The position numbers and the translations under genes were made by a program. Positions 46,917-56,018 of a stretch of 64,000 nt of DNA are shown in pieces; positions within the stretch are counted from its first letter, which is position 1; each line of letters starts with the position of its first letter. The notes below the pieces were generated by a model. That model saw only the letters and a list, made by a program, of their open reading frames with translations. It was not told where the DNA came from and did not search any database. Source of the DNA: a virus; IMG/VR virus record IMGVR_UViG_3300046463_000164. One strand, 5' to 3'.

Positions 46917-47531
46917 ATGCAAACTCAAAACGCCATCAAGATGATCGCCTCGTTCAACCGTGGCATCTTCGTTCCTCTGATCGGAGCCCATCAGCAACCG
47001 GTCGCGGTGCACAACCTTCTTAAGGAGAAGGGTGCGCGAGTGAGCCTGGACCATGTCCGGGCAATGATGGAAGGCCGCGAGAGCGAGTTCAAGGACTTCG
47101 AAGTTGTTCAGGTGATCGGCCATCACGCCGGGGCTCAACAAGCTCAGGCGCAACAACCGGCACCGGTTCGTCGGAATCCGATGCCAAGTGGCCTACCGGG
47201 TCGCTTGGTGAATCCCGGAACCCAACAGACCAATTTGACATCGCCTGCTCCCGCACAAGCGCGTGGGCGCGGTCGTGAATACGCCCCGAGCGGCGTGATC
47301 AAACCGCTGAAGCGTAATACGACTTACGCAAAGCTCATGGAAATGCTCGTTAAGGGCGCGACCATGAAGGAGTTGCTTGCAGCAACGACGAATACGACCG
47401 CAGGCGGGGTCAATGACGTCTTGTCTTGGCAGATCAAGCAGCGTGGTTACGGCCTGCGCTTCGATCAAGGATCGGGCAAGTATTTTCTTGTGATGCCGGA
47501 AGGTCACAAGGAGTTGAAGTACGCGGATTGA
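46917..47531 (+). CDS. Hypothetical early protein with possible C-terminal winged helix
   Basis: Strong codon bias; LMEMLVKGATMKELL...KQRGYGL. Confidence 0.65.
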   Translation: MQTQNAIKMIASFNRGIFVPLIGAHQQPVAVHNLLKEKGARVSLDHVRAMMEGRESEFKDFEVVQVIGHHAGAQQAQAQQPAPVRRNPMPSGLPGRLVNPGTQQTNLTSPAPAQARGRGREYAPSGVIKPLKRNTTYAKLMEMLVKGATMKELLAATTNTTAGGVNDVLSWQIKQRGYGLRFDQGSGKYFLVMPEGHKELKYAD

Positions 47532-47593
47532 TATAGTCCGCTCAACCAAGGGGAGACATATTGTCTCCCCTTTTTCATTTTATGGAGTCAATT

Positions 47594-47941
47594 ATGGCTA
47601 GGCCGCCGTTGAAGTCGATTGAGGAATACAACCAATCTGGAGGTTGGGCTTATCATAAGTTCCTTGATCACACTGAGGCAATTCTGAATGACCCACTTCT
47701 TGCTAAAGTTGCTAAGTTTGAAGTGACCGATAACATTTTGTATTTGAGATCGGGTGGGGCGTTGTTAAGCTTCATGGTACAACAAGATGGCAGAGCCAAG
47801 GAATACTTGACTATAGTCAACGGAATCAACCGGCAAGAGTTGGTAGAATTCCACTTTTCCGCAAGATCGGAGGATATTATAAGATCAATTTACCACATCT
47901 TGGATGTAAAGGAGGAAACAAATGACAAGCAGTTGGATTGA
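47594..47941 (+). CDS. Hypothetical protein
   Basis: GGAG RBS then ATG 47594. Confidence 0.6.
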   Translation: MARPPLKSIEEYNQSGGWAYHKFLDHTEAILNDPLLAKVAKFEVTDNILYLRSGGALLSFMVQQDGRAKEYLTIVNGINRQELVEFHFSARSEDIIRSIYHILDVKEETNDKQLD

Positions 47942-48515
47942 TCATCAGAGAGAACAGGCTTTTGCAATATATCGCCGATATATTGCGATGAGTTTGCACT
48001 TTAAGGAGGGATCAAACTATGACTACACAATATACAATGGGGCTTCTAAGGTCTCCCTGAAGAGTTTCTTGACCAAGCCGCGAGAGGTAACAAGCTTCAT
48101 ACAACTATCCAATCGCATCAAAGGCATTGTCCCTGAGGAATTTCTATTCGCTCAAGCAAGACATGGCAACCTCTGCGTCAATAGGTTATTGGACAAAGAC
48201 GCCATGAAGATTTACAATGAGTGGAAGGGAAAGTACGGCGACTCTGGCGTGTTCCTGGAGAACGCGAGCGCTGAGCTTAAACGGTTCTCGCTGCTGCCCC
48301 TAGAGGCTGCTGAGGCGGACGTTACCGATATACTAGCTAACCTGCTGGCGACCGGAGAGGACTGCTATATAGAGCCTATCTCATGGATACTCCAGACGTA
48401 TCCAAGCGTGGGGACGGATATTCGCATGAGAGTCGCAGACAACGTTCTTTACAAGATGATGCTGGATAAGGTAATCAAGATGCAACGTTTCTATTCCTAC
48501 CTTTGCATTATCTAA
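47922..48515 (+). CDS. 59: Helicase loader gp59-like
   Basis: AF.IY..YIAMSLHF...YDY..YNG. Confidence 0.7.
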   Translation: MTSSWIDHQREQAFAIYRRYIAMSLHFKEGSNYDYTIYNGASKVSLKSFLTKPREVTSFIQLSNRIKGIVPEEFLFAQARHGNLCVNRLLDKDAMKIYNEWKGKYGDSGVFLENASAELKRFSLLPLEAAEADVTDILANLLATGEDCYIEPISWILQTYPSVGTDIRMRVADNVLYKMMLDKVIKMQRFYSYLCII

Positions 48516-48517
48516 AG

Positions 48518-48548
48518 AAAAAGCCCCTCAGAATCTGAGGGGCTTTTT
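48518..48548. terminator. Bidirectional terminator
   Basis: Identical to 10663-10692. Confidence 0.85.
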
Positions 48549-48549
48549 G

Positions 48550-49044
48550 TTATGTCGGTAGGTCAGCGTCACGGTCGGTTTGATCAACAAAATCAAAACC
48601 GGTGAATGCAAACGTGGCTGTGCAGTGTACGTCCGTATCGCGTCCGTCTGTGTCGAATTCTAGACCTGAGAGCGCTATCGGAAACGCCTCATAAAATTCA
48701 ACTTCAATTCCCTGGAACTTCTTGTCATTGCTCACCAGGTGCACGAAGATAGACTGATATTCTTCAATACCTCTCTTGGCGTTATCCCTCATCCAGCTAT
48801 ACAACTTGATGTAGTTCAGTAGGTTCTCGTCTACAATAAACTCAAGCTCAAGGTTGTCATATTGAATATGATCACCCGAAGTTTGCAATACGAACTCAGT
48901 GCGGTTTCCGATAGCAGTTGGGTTAGCAGACACAGCAGGGAGCTCAAACTTTGTGAGCTTCATAACCAGTTCTTCTTGGCCTTGGATGAATGCAATCCAG
49001 TTAGAACTGCCAATATTATTGATTGTCGGAGTAGAAATATTCAT
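48550..49044 (-). CDS. 3: Tail tube terminator / sheath stabiliser gp3
   Basis: LPAVS, GD..QYD.L...FIVDENL.NY..LY.WM, F..AFP..LS.L.F. Confidence 0.88.
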   Translation of the reverse strand: MNISTPTINNIGSSNWIAFIQGQEELVMKLTKFELPAVSANPTAIGNRTEFVLQTSGDHIQYDNLELEFIVDENLLNYIKLYSWMRDNAKRGIEEYQSIFVHLVSNDKKFQGIEVEFYEAFPIALSGLEFDTDGRDTDVHCTATFAFTGFDFVDQTDRDADLPT

Positions 49045-49141
49045 ACGATGGGCCTTTACTTAGTATGTGTACATAGGTATAATTATATTTAGAGTAGATG
49101 TGATAAAGAATGTGTTCGGTACTAACCCTTGAAGTGAGAAA

Positions 49142-49855
49142 TTGATGTCGTCCCTGCGCGAAGCCCTGAAATCTGTGAAAAGCAATATCCGTGTAATGCC
49201 TGCTGCTCCGAAGAAGCCGGTGCCGACGCGCCAGGCGTCCAAGCCGAAGGCTGAAGTGATCCCCATTAGGCCGAAGCAATATATCTCCGGCCATGAAGTT
49301 CGTTGGACCGACTATGAAGGTAATAGCGGCAAAGTTCCTTTTATCTCTCATCAAGAAGATGAGGTTGGCTTCTATATAGCTTACCCGTCGAAGCGGGAAG
49401 ACATCAAGTTGCCTGAAGGTACGGTGCGGGCATCGTATAACTTCGCCAAGAAGCAAGTTGAGTATTTTAAGAAAGGCTCCAATGAGCCGATTCGTTTCGT
49501 GCGGAACGCGCGCCATGAGCCGCTGCCGGTTCCCTCGTATTTCGGTGAGTTGGAGAAGATTGAGGAAGTGTTCGATATCAACCTGGAAACCGGTGAGATC
49601 ACTGAAGAGATTCGTGTTGATGTATTGCCGGAAGGCGTGCACTGGAAGCTGCGTCTTCAAGAGTTTGAGAATCAACAGATCAAGGCGGGTGTTAGCGCAA
49701 AAGCGATTACTTTCCGTCTGCAACGGTATCTGAAGAACCTGGAAGCAATGCGCGGAGTGACGGTTGAAATGATTGCTCAACCGATCCCAGAAGCGATTGT
49801 TACTGCCATTCAATATGCAGAACAGAAGCGCCTCCAAATGGCATCCGGCGCGTAA
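49142..49855 (+). CDS. Hypothetical protein
   Basis: 237-aa ORF after promoter 49055-49083. Confidence 0.7.
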   Translation: MMSSLREALKSVKSNIRVMPAAPKKPVPTRQASKPKAEVIPIRPKQYISGHEVRWTDYEGNSGKVPFISHQEDEVGFYIAYPSKREDIKLPEGTVRASYNFAKKQVEYFKKGSNEPIRFVRNARHEPLPVPSYFGELEKIEEVFDINLETGEITEEIRVDVLPEGVHWKLRLQEFENQQIKAGVSAKAITFRLQRYLKNLEAMRGVTVEMIAQPIPEAIVTAIQYAEQKRLQMASGA

Positions 49856-50307
49856 TGATATATCTTAACCCATTTTTAGTAAAGGAAGCGGAAATGTCTG
49901 AGCTTGTAAAGATCAAGTTGACCAAAGAAAATGCGCCGGGTCAATTTGCGATTATTCAGGATCGAAACCGTGAAATTGCATCTGCGGTCCAAAAGCATCT
50001 ATTCCATGAGTTTGATGCGGTTTGGGCATTTGGTGGACCCCTCGTAAAATACCTGGAAGAGGAAGTGTTGTATGTCAGTCCGTCATCCGATGGAGGCTAT
50101 GTATTGGCTTATAGCACTTTGGATTACTACAACACCGGAGATCGGCGAGAACGCTTTCCAGAAATGTCGATTGAGGTAGAGGCGGTATATACCGTGTCGA
50201 TATACAACAATGTTCGCGCGGTGAAGATCGGAGGTAAGATGTATAACGAATCTGATATCATCCAGATTCTGAAATCCAACCCGCTCACTATTCCGGAGAT
50301 TGCGTAA
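49855..50307 (+). CDS. Hypothetical protein
   Basis: Coupled ORF. Confidence 0.6.
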   Translation: MIYLNPFLVKEAEMSELVKIKLTKENAPGQFAIIQDRNREIASAVQKHLFHEFDAVWAFGGPLVKYLEEEVLYVSPSSDGGYVLAYSTLDYYNTGDRRERFPEMSIEVEAVYTVSIYNNVRAVKIGGKMYNESDIIQILKSNPLTIPEIA

Positions 50308-50318
50308 CCAAGTAAAAT

Positions 50319-50348
50319 AAAAGGCCCAAGAATTTCTTGGGCCTTTTT
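50319..50348. terminator. Bidirectional terminator
   Basis: AAAAGGCCCAAGA-ATT-TCTTGGGCCTTTTT. Confidence 0.85.
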
Positions 50349-50351
50349 GCT

Positions 50352-51122
50352 TTATATCATTGCCAATATCTTGCCGGTGATGGTAAGGTTATTGGATAGT
50401 GTATTAACCACAAGATAGACGTTGTTCGGGTCAATCGAAGTGGTGAGGTTGAATAGACTCTGAGAGTTGCCTACCTCATTATATACTGAGATGTAGGTGT
50501 CTGTCCCTACATATGTAATCAATACTTCTTGAATTTGTCTGTTTGCTCCAGCAGCGTCGCAGACAGCAATCAGGCATTTCATCGCGGTGTATCGGGCGAT
50601 TCTGAATGAAAATAGATTAGTTGCCCCGGCAGATGCGATTACTTGAGGCTTGGTTCCGCCAGCATTGTAAAGCTGAATCTTCTTCCAGCTTCCCGTAGGA
50701 ACGTCCCAACGAGAAAGTTCTGATAGGTTATCCCCTGATCCATCATCTTGAATGAAGGTCAGTTCATTTCCAAAGTAGTTAGAATACTCATTTGAGATCG
50801 CGGCATCCCGATCAGCAGCGTTATTGAATACGCCTCTAAATGAAGTGGCACGACCTAGAAAGTTGAATTTAGAGTATTCCGCATCGGTTAGGACATGAGA
50901 ATCAGGGATGGACGTCAGCTGAGCTCTGATATTCGCCGGTTGGTTATTGGCGATGATATTGTTATTCAGAATCTTGGCAAGCTCAGCAGAAGCAACCTTA
51001 CCGGTTCCTCCAGAGAAGTCATTAACAATAAGCTGGGCGCTCAGGGCGCTGCGCATTTCGGAAATTGCCTGGTCGATTTCTTGTCCTGTATAGACAGAAC
51101 GATATACTGAATTGGTAGTCAT
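50352..51122 (-). CDS. Putative virion structural protein
   Basis: YTGQEIDQAI start, beta-rich C-terminus, preceded by the late-type CTAAATAT motif. Confidence 0.55.
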   Translation of the reverse strand: MTTNSVYRSVYTGQEIDQAISEMRSALSAQLIVNDFSGGTGKVASAELAKILNNNIIANNQPANIRAQLTSIPDSHVLTDAEYSKFNFLGRATSFRGVFNNAADRDAAISNEYSNYFGNELTFIQDDGSGDNLSELSRWDVPTGSWKKIQLYNAGGTKPQVIASAGATNLFSFRIARYTAMKCLIAVCDAAGANRQIQEVLITYVGTDTYISVYNEVGNSQSLFNLTTSIDPNNVYLVVNTLSNNLTITGKILAMI

Positions 51123-51203
51123 TTATATTCCTTTGTGAATGTGCCTTTCCATATCCAGGCAAATAAAGCATACGATTTACTAATATTTAGTCAGAACACA
51201 TAC

Positions 51204-51232
51204 TAGACTTAACATAGCCCATCGGCTATAAT
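51204..51232 (+). promoter_or_regulatory. Sigma70-type promoter for the glycosylation operon
   Basis: TAGACT-N17-TATAAT. Confidence 0.75.
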
Positions 51233-51256
51233 AGGAAGGTTAATAAAGGAGAAAGA

Positions 51257-52450
51257 ATGAAGATTGCTGCAATTTATTGGCCCACATCTTCAGTGGGCGG
51301 CATTAACACGTTGTTTGAGTCTCTACGGAAAGCGGCCATTGCCCAGGGTGATGAGTTCGACGTCATCCGTTGCGGTAATCTGAAAACCATCAAACCCGAG
51401 AAGTTTGCTGAACCGAAGTTGATTCGCGGTGGGGATACTTTCATTACGGTTCATGGCGATTCGTCGCATCACCCGGATCAGATCCAAGGCACGATCAAGT
51501 GGCTTGAAGAAAATTATGACGCGGTGTATTTCGGCTACTTGTGTCCGCACGAAAACAAGGCGTATGGCAGCGAGCCGGTATTCATGCCGATGTATACTGA
51601 TCTGAAACTTCCAAAGGTATCGTGTATTGTTGATGCCTATTGGGATTCGTATGCAGATTGGGCAATTCCCTGCTTCCCTCATATTAAGCGGACTGTGGTA
51701 TCGCAAATCGCCTACGCTGAACCGTTGGTGAAGATGGGTATGCCGGTAGAAGCGATCAAGGCTCCCATTACTCCGAAGCTGAATATTCAATCCGTTCGCA
51801 GCGACGAATCTCTGACGGTCTGGACTTCCCAATGGAAGACGATCAAAGGTATTGACAAGCTGCTTCCTCATATTCCGGCAATCTCGGAAGTCTCTAAGGT
51901 GGAGTTGTATTCCAATGGGATTCTGTACTATCAGATTCGGGAAGATGAAGAGTGGAAAGCTGCAGTCGGTAAGGATCACTTTAAGGAGTTCAACGGTTAC
52001 GGAAAGGCTGAGTTCTTTGGGTATGTTTCAACAGATGAAATCCCGGAGATTCTGACCCGTTCTTGGTTTATGATCGACCTTCAAGGTATTGGCAAGCCTA
52101 AGCATGAAGCATACCGGAATGGCGCTTACAACTATACGACCATCGAGGCGTTGCTGTATGGGTCTTGTCCTATCCTGCACGCTCAGGCGCTGAAGTCTAT
52201 TATCCCCAAGGAATTCTTCTTGACGATTGAGCATCCGAAGGAAATTGCAGAACTGATTCGTACCAGCAAGGATTTTGCTCTTGATCCGGTCCGTCAGAAG
52301 AACGCGCGTGAATGGGTATTGGACATTCACTCGGATTCAGCGACGTATAACGTCATCAAGGAGTCGTTCGCGCTCCCTGATCCGGTTGTGGATATCTCTG
52401 GTTTCTTGAAGAAAGATGAGCCAGCTGATCTTTTCTCTATGTTTGGTTGA
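51257..52450 (+). CDS. GT-B glycosyltransferase
   Basis: MKIA..Y....GGI.T start, KGID.LL, FFGYV, YTTIEALLYG..PI; C-terminal ADLFSMFG. Confidence 0.75.
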   Translation: MKIAAIYWPTSSVGGINTLFESLRKAAIAQGDEFDVIRCGNLKTIKPEKFAEPKLIRGGDTFITVHGDSSHHPDQIQGTIKWLEENYDAVYFGYLCPHENKAYGSEPVFMPMYTDLKLPKVSCIVDAYWDSYADWAIPCFPHIKRTVVSQIAYAEPLVKMGMPVEAIKAPITPKLNIQSVRSDESLTVWTSQWKTIKGIDKLLPHIPAISEVSKVELYSNGILYYQIREDEEWKAAVGKDHFKEFNGYGKAEFFGYVSTDEIPEILTRSWFMIDLQGIGKPKHEAYRNGAYNYTTIEALLYGSCPILHAQALKSIIPKEFFLTIEHPKEIAELIRTSKDFALDPVRQKNAREWVLDIHSDSATYNVIKESFALPDPVVDISGFLKKDEPADLFSMFG

Positions 52451-52461
52451 GGTTGCTAAGT

Positions 52462-53061
52462 ATGAGTGTGAATAAGAAGGTTGTAGTTCTAGTTGAACCC
52501 CACGCGGATGACATCTATCTCAGTTGTCATCAACATGCTGTAGATTGGGTGAAGGAAGGAAAGGTTGTAGTGATCGTCACCGTCTTTTCGGGAACCCGGA
52601 AACGGGCGCGCGACGGCACCAGCTACGCAGATGCAATCGGTGCTACCTGGATCGGCTTAGGGTTTGATGAGTTCGCTGAGCCTGATATCCGCAATGCGTA
52701 TTTGAACACGCCGTTTGATCCCCTGCCGGGTAATCTCAGCCTGATCTATGAGGCTAGTGAGGTTCAGGTAGTTTCCCCGCTAGGTATCCAGAACCCCGAT
52801 CACCAGGCTGTTCGTGAGTGGCTAAAGGCTTCTAATGACCAGTTGCGCTATTATGCGGAGATTCCGTATTATACGAAGCTGAAGAATCAAGAAGAAGTCA
52901 ACGGACTGATTGTTGGCAAGGTGATTGATAGTATCAAGAAGCCTAAGCACACAAAGGCTGACGAGAAGTATTGGAAGTGTTTTAAGGATCAAGCGAAGTT
53001 TTTCCACTTTAACCCGCCGGAATCTTACAAGGATGTCCCGGAACTTTTGGTGACAGATTAA
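52462..53061 (+). CDS. PIG-L/LmbE-family N-deacetylase
   Basis: EPHADDIYLS, VTVFSG, PLG..NPDH, YYAEIPY. Confidence 0.8.
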   Translation: MSVNKKVVVLVEPHADDIYLSCHQHAVDWVKEGKVVVIVTVFSGTRKRARDGTSYADAIGATWIGLGFDEFAEPDIRNAYLNTPFDPLPGNLSLIYEASEVQVVSPLGIQNPDHQAVREWLKASNDQLRYYAEIPYYTKLKNQEEVNGLIVGKVIDSIKKPKHTKADEKYWKCFKDQAKFFHFNPPESYKDVPELLVTD

Positions 53062-53714
53062 TGGCTGTAGTCAAGCATATACATATCATCGGAGCAGGCG
53101 GTCATGCCAATGTGGTGTTGGATATTGTTGAAGAGTTGAGGAAATATGTAGGAATCAACATCTATGCCGATTCCTATGATCCCGTAGCCAACAATAGATT
53201 TTGGGACTATCCTATCAAGGGATCGGCCACTGACTTCTTTTCAGAAGTCAAATACAACTGGAATCATGACTATATTGTGGCCATCGGAGACAACTCCGCT
53301 CGCGGTAGGTTGTCGGAGAGTTTCAAGTTGGCGACTAAGCGTAAGCCCGTCACCCTCATCCATCCTAAAGCTATAGTGAGCGATAGGGCCAAGATTGGCC
53401 ACGGCACGGTGATTATGGCAGGAGCAGTTGTTGGTCCTGGGGCTGTCATTGGCGATAATTGTATTATCAATCACGGAGCAACGGTTGATCATGATTGTAT
53501 GCTTGAAGATGCAGTTCATATCTGTCCTGGAGCGCATATTGCTGGTGCAGTCAAGGTCGGAAAGGGCGTTCAGGTCGGCATCGGTGCCAGTGTTATACAA
53601 GGCATAAGTATTGGTGAATATACCACCATCGGTGCCGGAGCAGCAGTTGTAAGTGATATCGCCGGTTGGGTAACAGCGGTCGGAGTCCCGGCCAAGGTAA
53701 TTAAGGAATATTGA
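53061..53714 (+). CDS. PglD/NeuD-type sugar N-acetyltransferase (left-handed beta-helix)
   Basis: IIGAGGHA, VAIGDN..R, IHP.A, VDHDC, hexapeptide repeats, GVPAK. Confidence 0.9.
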   Translation: MAVVKHIHIIGAGGHANVVLDIVEELRKYVGINIYADSYDPVANNRFWDYPIKGSATDFFSEVKYNWNHDYIVAIGDNSARGRLSESFKLATKRKPVTLIHPKAIVSDRAKIGHGTVIMAGAVVGPGAVIGDNCIINHGATVDHDCMLEDAVHICPGAHIAGAVKVGKGVQVGIGASVIQGISIGEYTTIGAGAAVVSDIAGWVTAVGVPAKVIKEY

Positions 53715-53715
53715 A

Positions 53716-54900
53716 ATGTTGAATGCAGGTATTAGTCCGTGGCCGTTTTATGCTCAAGATGAACGTGATGCGGTTCAGAACATATTGATTTCAGGCAAGG
53801 TGAATCAGTGGACGGGCACGGAAGTCAAGGAATTTGAGAAAGAGTTCGCAGAGTATATTGGGACATCATATGCAGTAGCGGTATCAAACGGCACGGTGGC
53901 GTTGGATCTGATTCTCCAATATTGTTTGTTGGGTGCCATCGATGCAGAAGTTATTGTGACGTCCCGGACTTTTATTGCATCGGCTAGTTCCATTATCATG
54001 GCGGGAGCAAAGCCGGTATTTGTGGACGTTGATCCGAAGTCTGGCAATATCACTCCTGAAGCAATTCGAGCAGCGGTCACGGAGAATACTGTAGCAATCA
54101 TCTGTGTTCACTTGGCTGGTTGGCCTTGTGATATGGACCCGATCATGGAGATTGCAGCTGATAATGGACTGTATGTAATCGAAGATTGTGCACAGGCTCA
54201 TGGCGCGATCTATAAGGGTCGCAAGGTCGGTTCCATCGGTCACGCGTCTGCTTGGTCTTTCTGTCAAGACAAGATCATGTCGACAGGCGGTGAAGGTGGT
54301 ATGATCACAACCAACACGTCATTCATTTGGACCTATTGTTGGTCCAAGAAGGATCACGGCAAGAGTTATTTTGACGCCGTGATGCGTAAGGATCATGCTC
54401 CTGGTTTCCGTTGGTTGCATAGTAGTATCGGGTCGAATTACCGTATGACCGAAATTCAAGCCTCAATCGGTCGTATTCAGCTACGCAAGCTGGAAAGTTG
54501 GGTCAGCACCCGCAATTATATTGCGGACGAGTTGAATAAGGTGGCTTGGCCGCTTTCTGCTGTTCGTATTGAATGGTGCGACTTCCCCGATAGTCGCCAT
54601 GCTAAGTACAAGCATTATATGTATGTAAATCCTGAAGGTCTCAATGAAGGTTGGGATCGGGAAAGAATAATCAAGGAATTGATTGCCGAAGGAGTTCCCT
54701 GCTACCACGGTTCTTGTTCAGAAGTTTATCTGGAAAATGCGTTTGACGGACATTACAAAACTCTGCCGGTAGCAAAGGAGTTGGGTGAGACTAGCCTGAT
54801 GTTCTTGGTTCATCCGACCATTAACATGATGGAAGTCCACAATATGACTGAAGGACTTCGCAAGGTGCTCACAGCCGCTTCAAAATCTTGTAGAGAATGA
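53716..54900 (+). CDS. DegT/DnrJ PLP aminotransferase (PglE / Neisseria PglC-type)
   Basis: NGTVAL, TFIASA, IEDCAQAHGA, SFCQDKIMSTGGEGG, NYRMTE. Confidence 0.92.
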   Translation: MLNAGISPWPFYAQDERDAVQNILISGKVNQWTGTEVKEFEKEFAEYIGTSYAVAVSNGTVALDLILQYCLLGAIDAEVIVTSRTFIASASSIIMAGAKPVFVDVDPKSGNITPEAIRAAVTENTVAIICVHLAGWPCDMDPIMEIAADNGLYVIEDCAQAHGAIYKGRKVGSIGHASAWSFCQDKIMSTGGEGGMITTNTSFIWTYCWSKKDHGKSYFDAVMRKDHAPGFRWLHSSIGSNYRMTEIQASIGRIQLRKLESWVSTRNYIADELNKVAWPLSAVRIEWCDFPDSRHAKYKHYMYVNPEGLNEGWDRERIIKELIAEGVPCYHGSCSEVYLENAFDGHYKTLPVAKELGETSLMFLVHPTINMMEVHNMTEGLRKVLTAASKSCRE

Positions 54901-56018
54901 CGGATATAAGAATTAAGGACACTCCCAGCAATATTGCTGATATATTGATGGGACGTGATCCCGTTGAACCCGATGCAAAACTAATCCAAGAAAATATCAA
55001 AGACAAAGCAGTGTTGGTGACTGGCGCAGGTGGTTCCATCGGGTCAGAGATTTGTCGTCAAGTCGCCAACCAAGGTCCGAGTGTATTGGTATTGTATGAG
55101 TTGAACGAGTTTGCTCTCTATACAATCCACGTCGAGCTAATGCGAACTCACCCGCACGTTAAGGTCATCCCCGCTTTGGGCTCGATCTTGAATTGTTCGC
55201 GGGTGTCGTATTTCCTCAGCAAGTTTAACATCAATACCATTTATCATGCGGCGGCGTATAAGCATGTTCCAATGGTAGAGTATAATATCACTGAGGGCGT
55301 ATATAACAACTTTATTGGAACTGCTGCCTTGGTTACAACAGCAGACGGCAATGTAGATACTTTTGTGCTTGTGTCTACTGATAAGGCGGTTAGACCGACT
55401 AATGTGATGGGGGCAACTAAGCGTTTGTCTGAGATGTATGTTCAGGCCGTGCAGGAACGTCGTCATCGGACTAAGACAACGTTCTCAATGGTTAGGTTCG
55501 GGAATGTTCTTGGGTCCTCAGGATCAGTGATTCCGTTGTTTCTAGAGCAGATTGCAAGGGGAGAACCTTTGACGGTCACCCATCCTGATATCACACGCTA
55601 CTTCATGTCGATTCCTGAGGCTGCTCAGTTGGTTATTCAGGCAGGAGCAATGGCAACTGGCGGTGAAGTATTCGTCCTGGATATGGGTGAGTCTGTGAAG
55701 ATTGTAGATATGGCCAAGCGTTTGCTTCAACACTACAATCTACCTGAAAATCATTATGAGATCACTGGGTTGCGTCCCGGCGAGAAGCTGTATGAAGAGT
55801 TGTTGATTGGTGATTCGGTCGGAAACACATACCATCCTAGGATTATGAAAGCGAATGAATTTCATCCTTCATATTCCCGTATGCTCGACATTTACGATAT
55901 AATAGAAGAATGCTACCATAGTATGGATTTCAAGAGACTGTTTAACGTGCTAGAGCACAATGTTTCTGGATTCAATCATTCCGGCGAGATAAAGGATCAT
56001 TTGTATGAGCATAATTAA
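54897..56018 (+). CDS. UDP-GlcNAc 4,6-dehydratase (PglF/CapD catalytic domain only)
   Basis: TGAGGSIGSE, HAAAYKHVP, STDKAVRPTNVMGATK, VRFGNVLGSSGSV, GLRPGEKLYEEL; no N-terminal TM region. Confidence 0.92.
   Translation: MTDIRIKDTPSNIADILMGRDPVEPDAKLIQENIKDKAVLVTGAGGSIGSEICRQVANQGPSVLVLYELNEFALYTIHVELMRTHPHVKVIPALGSILNCSRVSYFLSKFNINTIYHAAAYKHVPMVEYNITEGVYNNFIGTAALVTTADGNVDTFVLVSTDKAVRPTNVMGATKRLSEMYVQAVQERRHRTKTTFSMVRFGNVLGSSGSVIPLFLEQIARGEPLTVTHPDITRYFMSIPEAAQLVIQAGAMATGGEVFVLDMGESVKIVDMAKRLLQHYNLPENHYEITGLRPGEKLYEELLIGDSVGNTYHPRIMKANEFHPSYSRMLDIYDIIEECYHSMDFKRLFNVLEHNVSGFNHSGEIKDHLYEHN

Noticed and set aside
49016-49837. 273-aa antisense ORF
   Set aside because: Opposes the promoter-driven 49142 gene and runs through its promoter.
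51323-51979. 218-aa antisense ORF inside the glycosyltransferase
   Set aside because: No motifs; codon-bias shadow.
53061-56018. Host LPS/pgl locus contamination or prophage boundary
   Set aside because: The genes are translationally coupled to phage-type neighbours on both sides, the dehydratase lacks the usual membrane domain, and no integrase or att site is seen.
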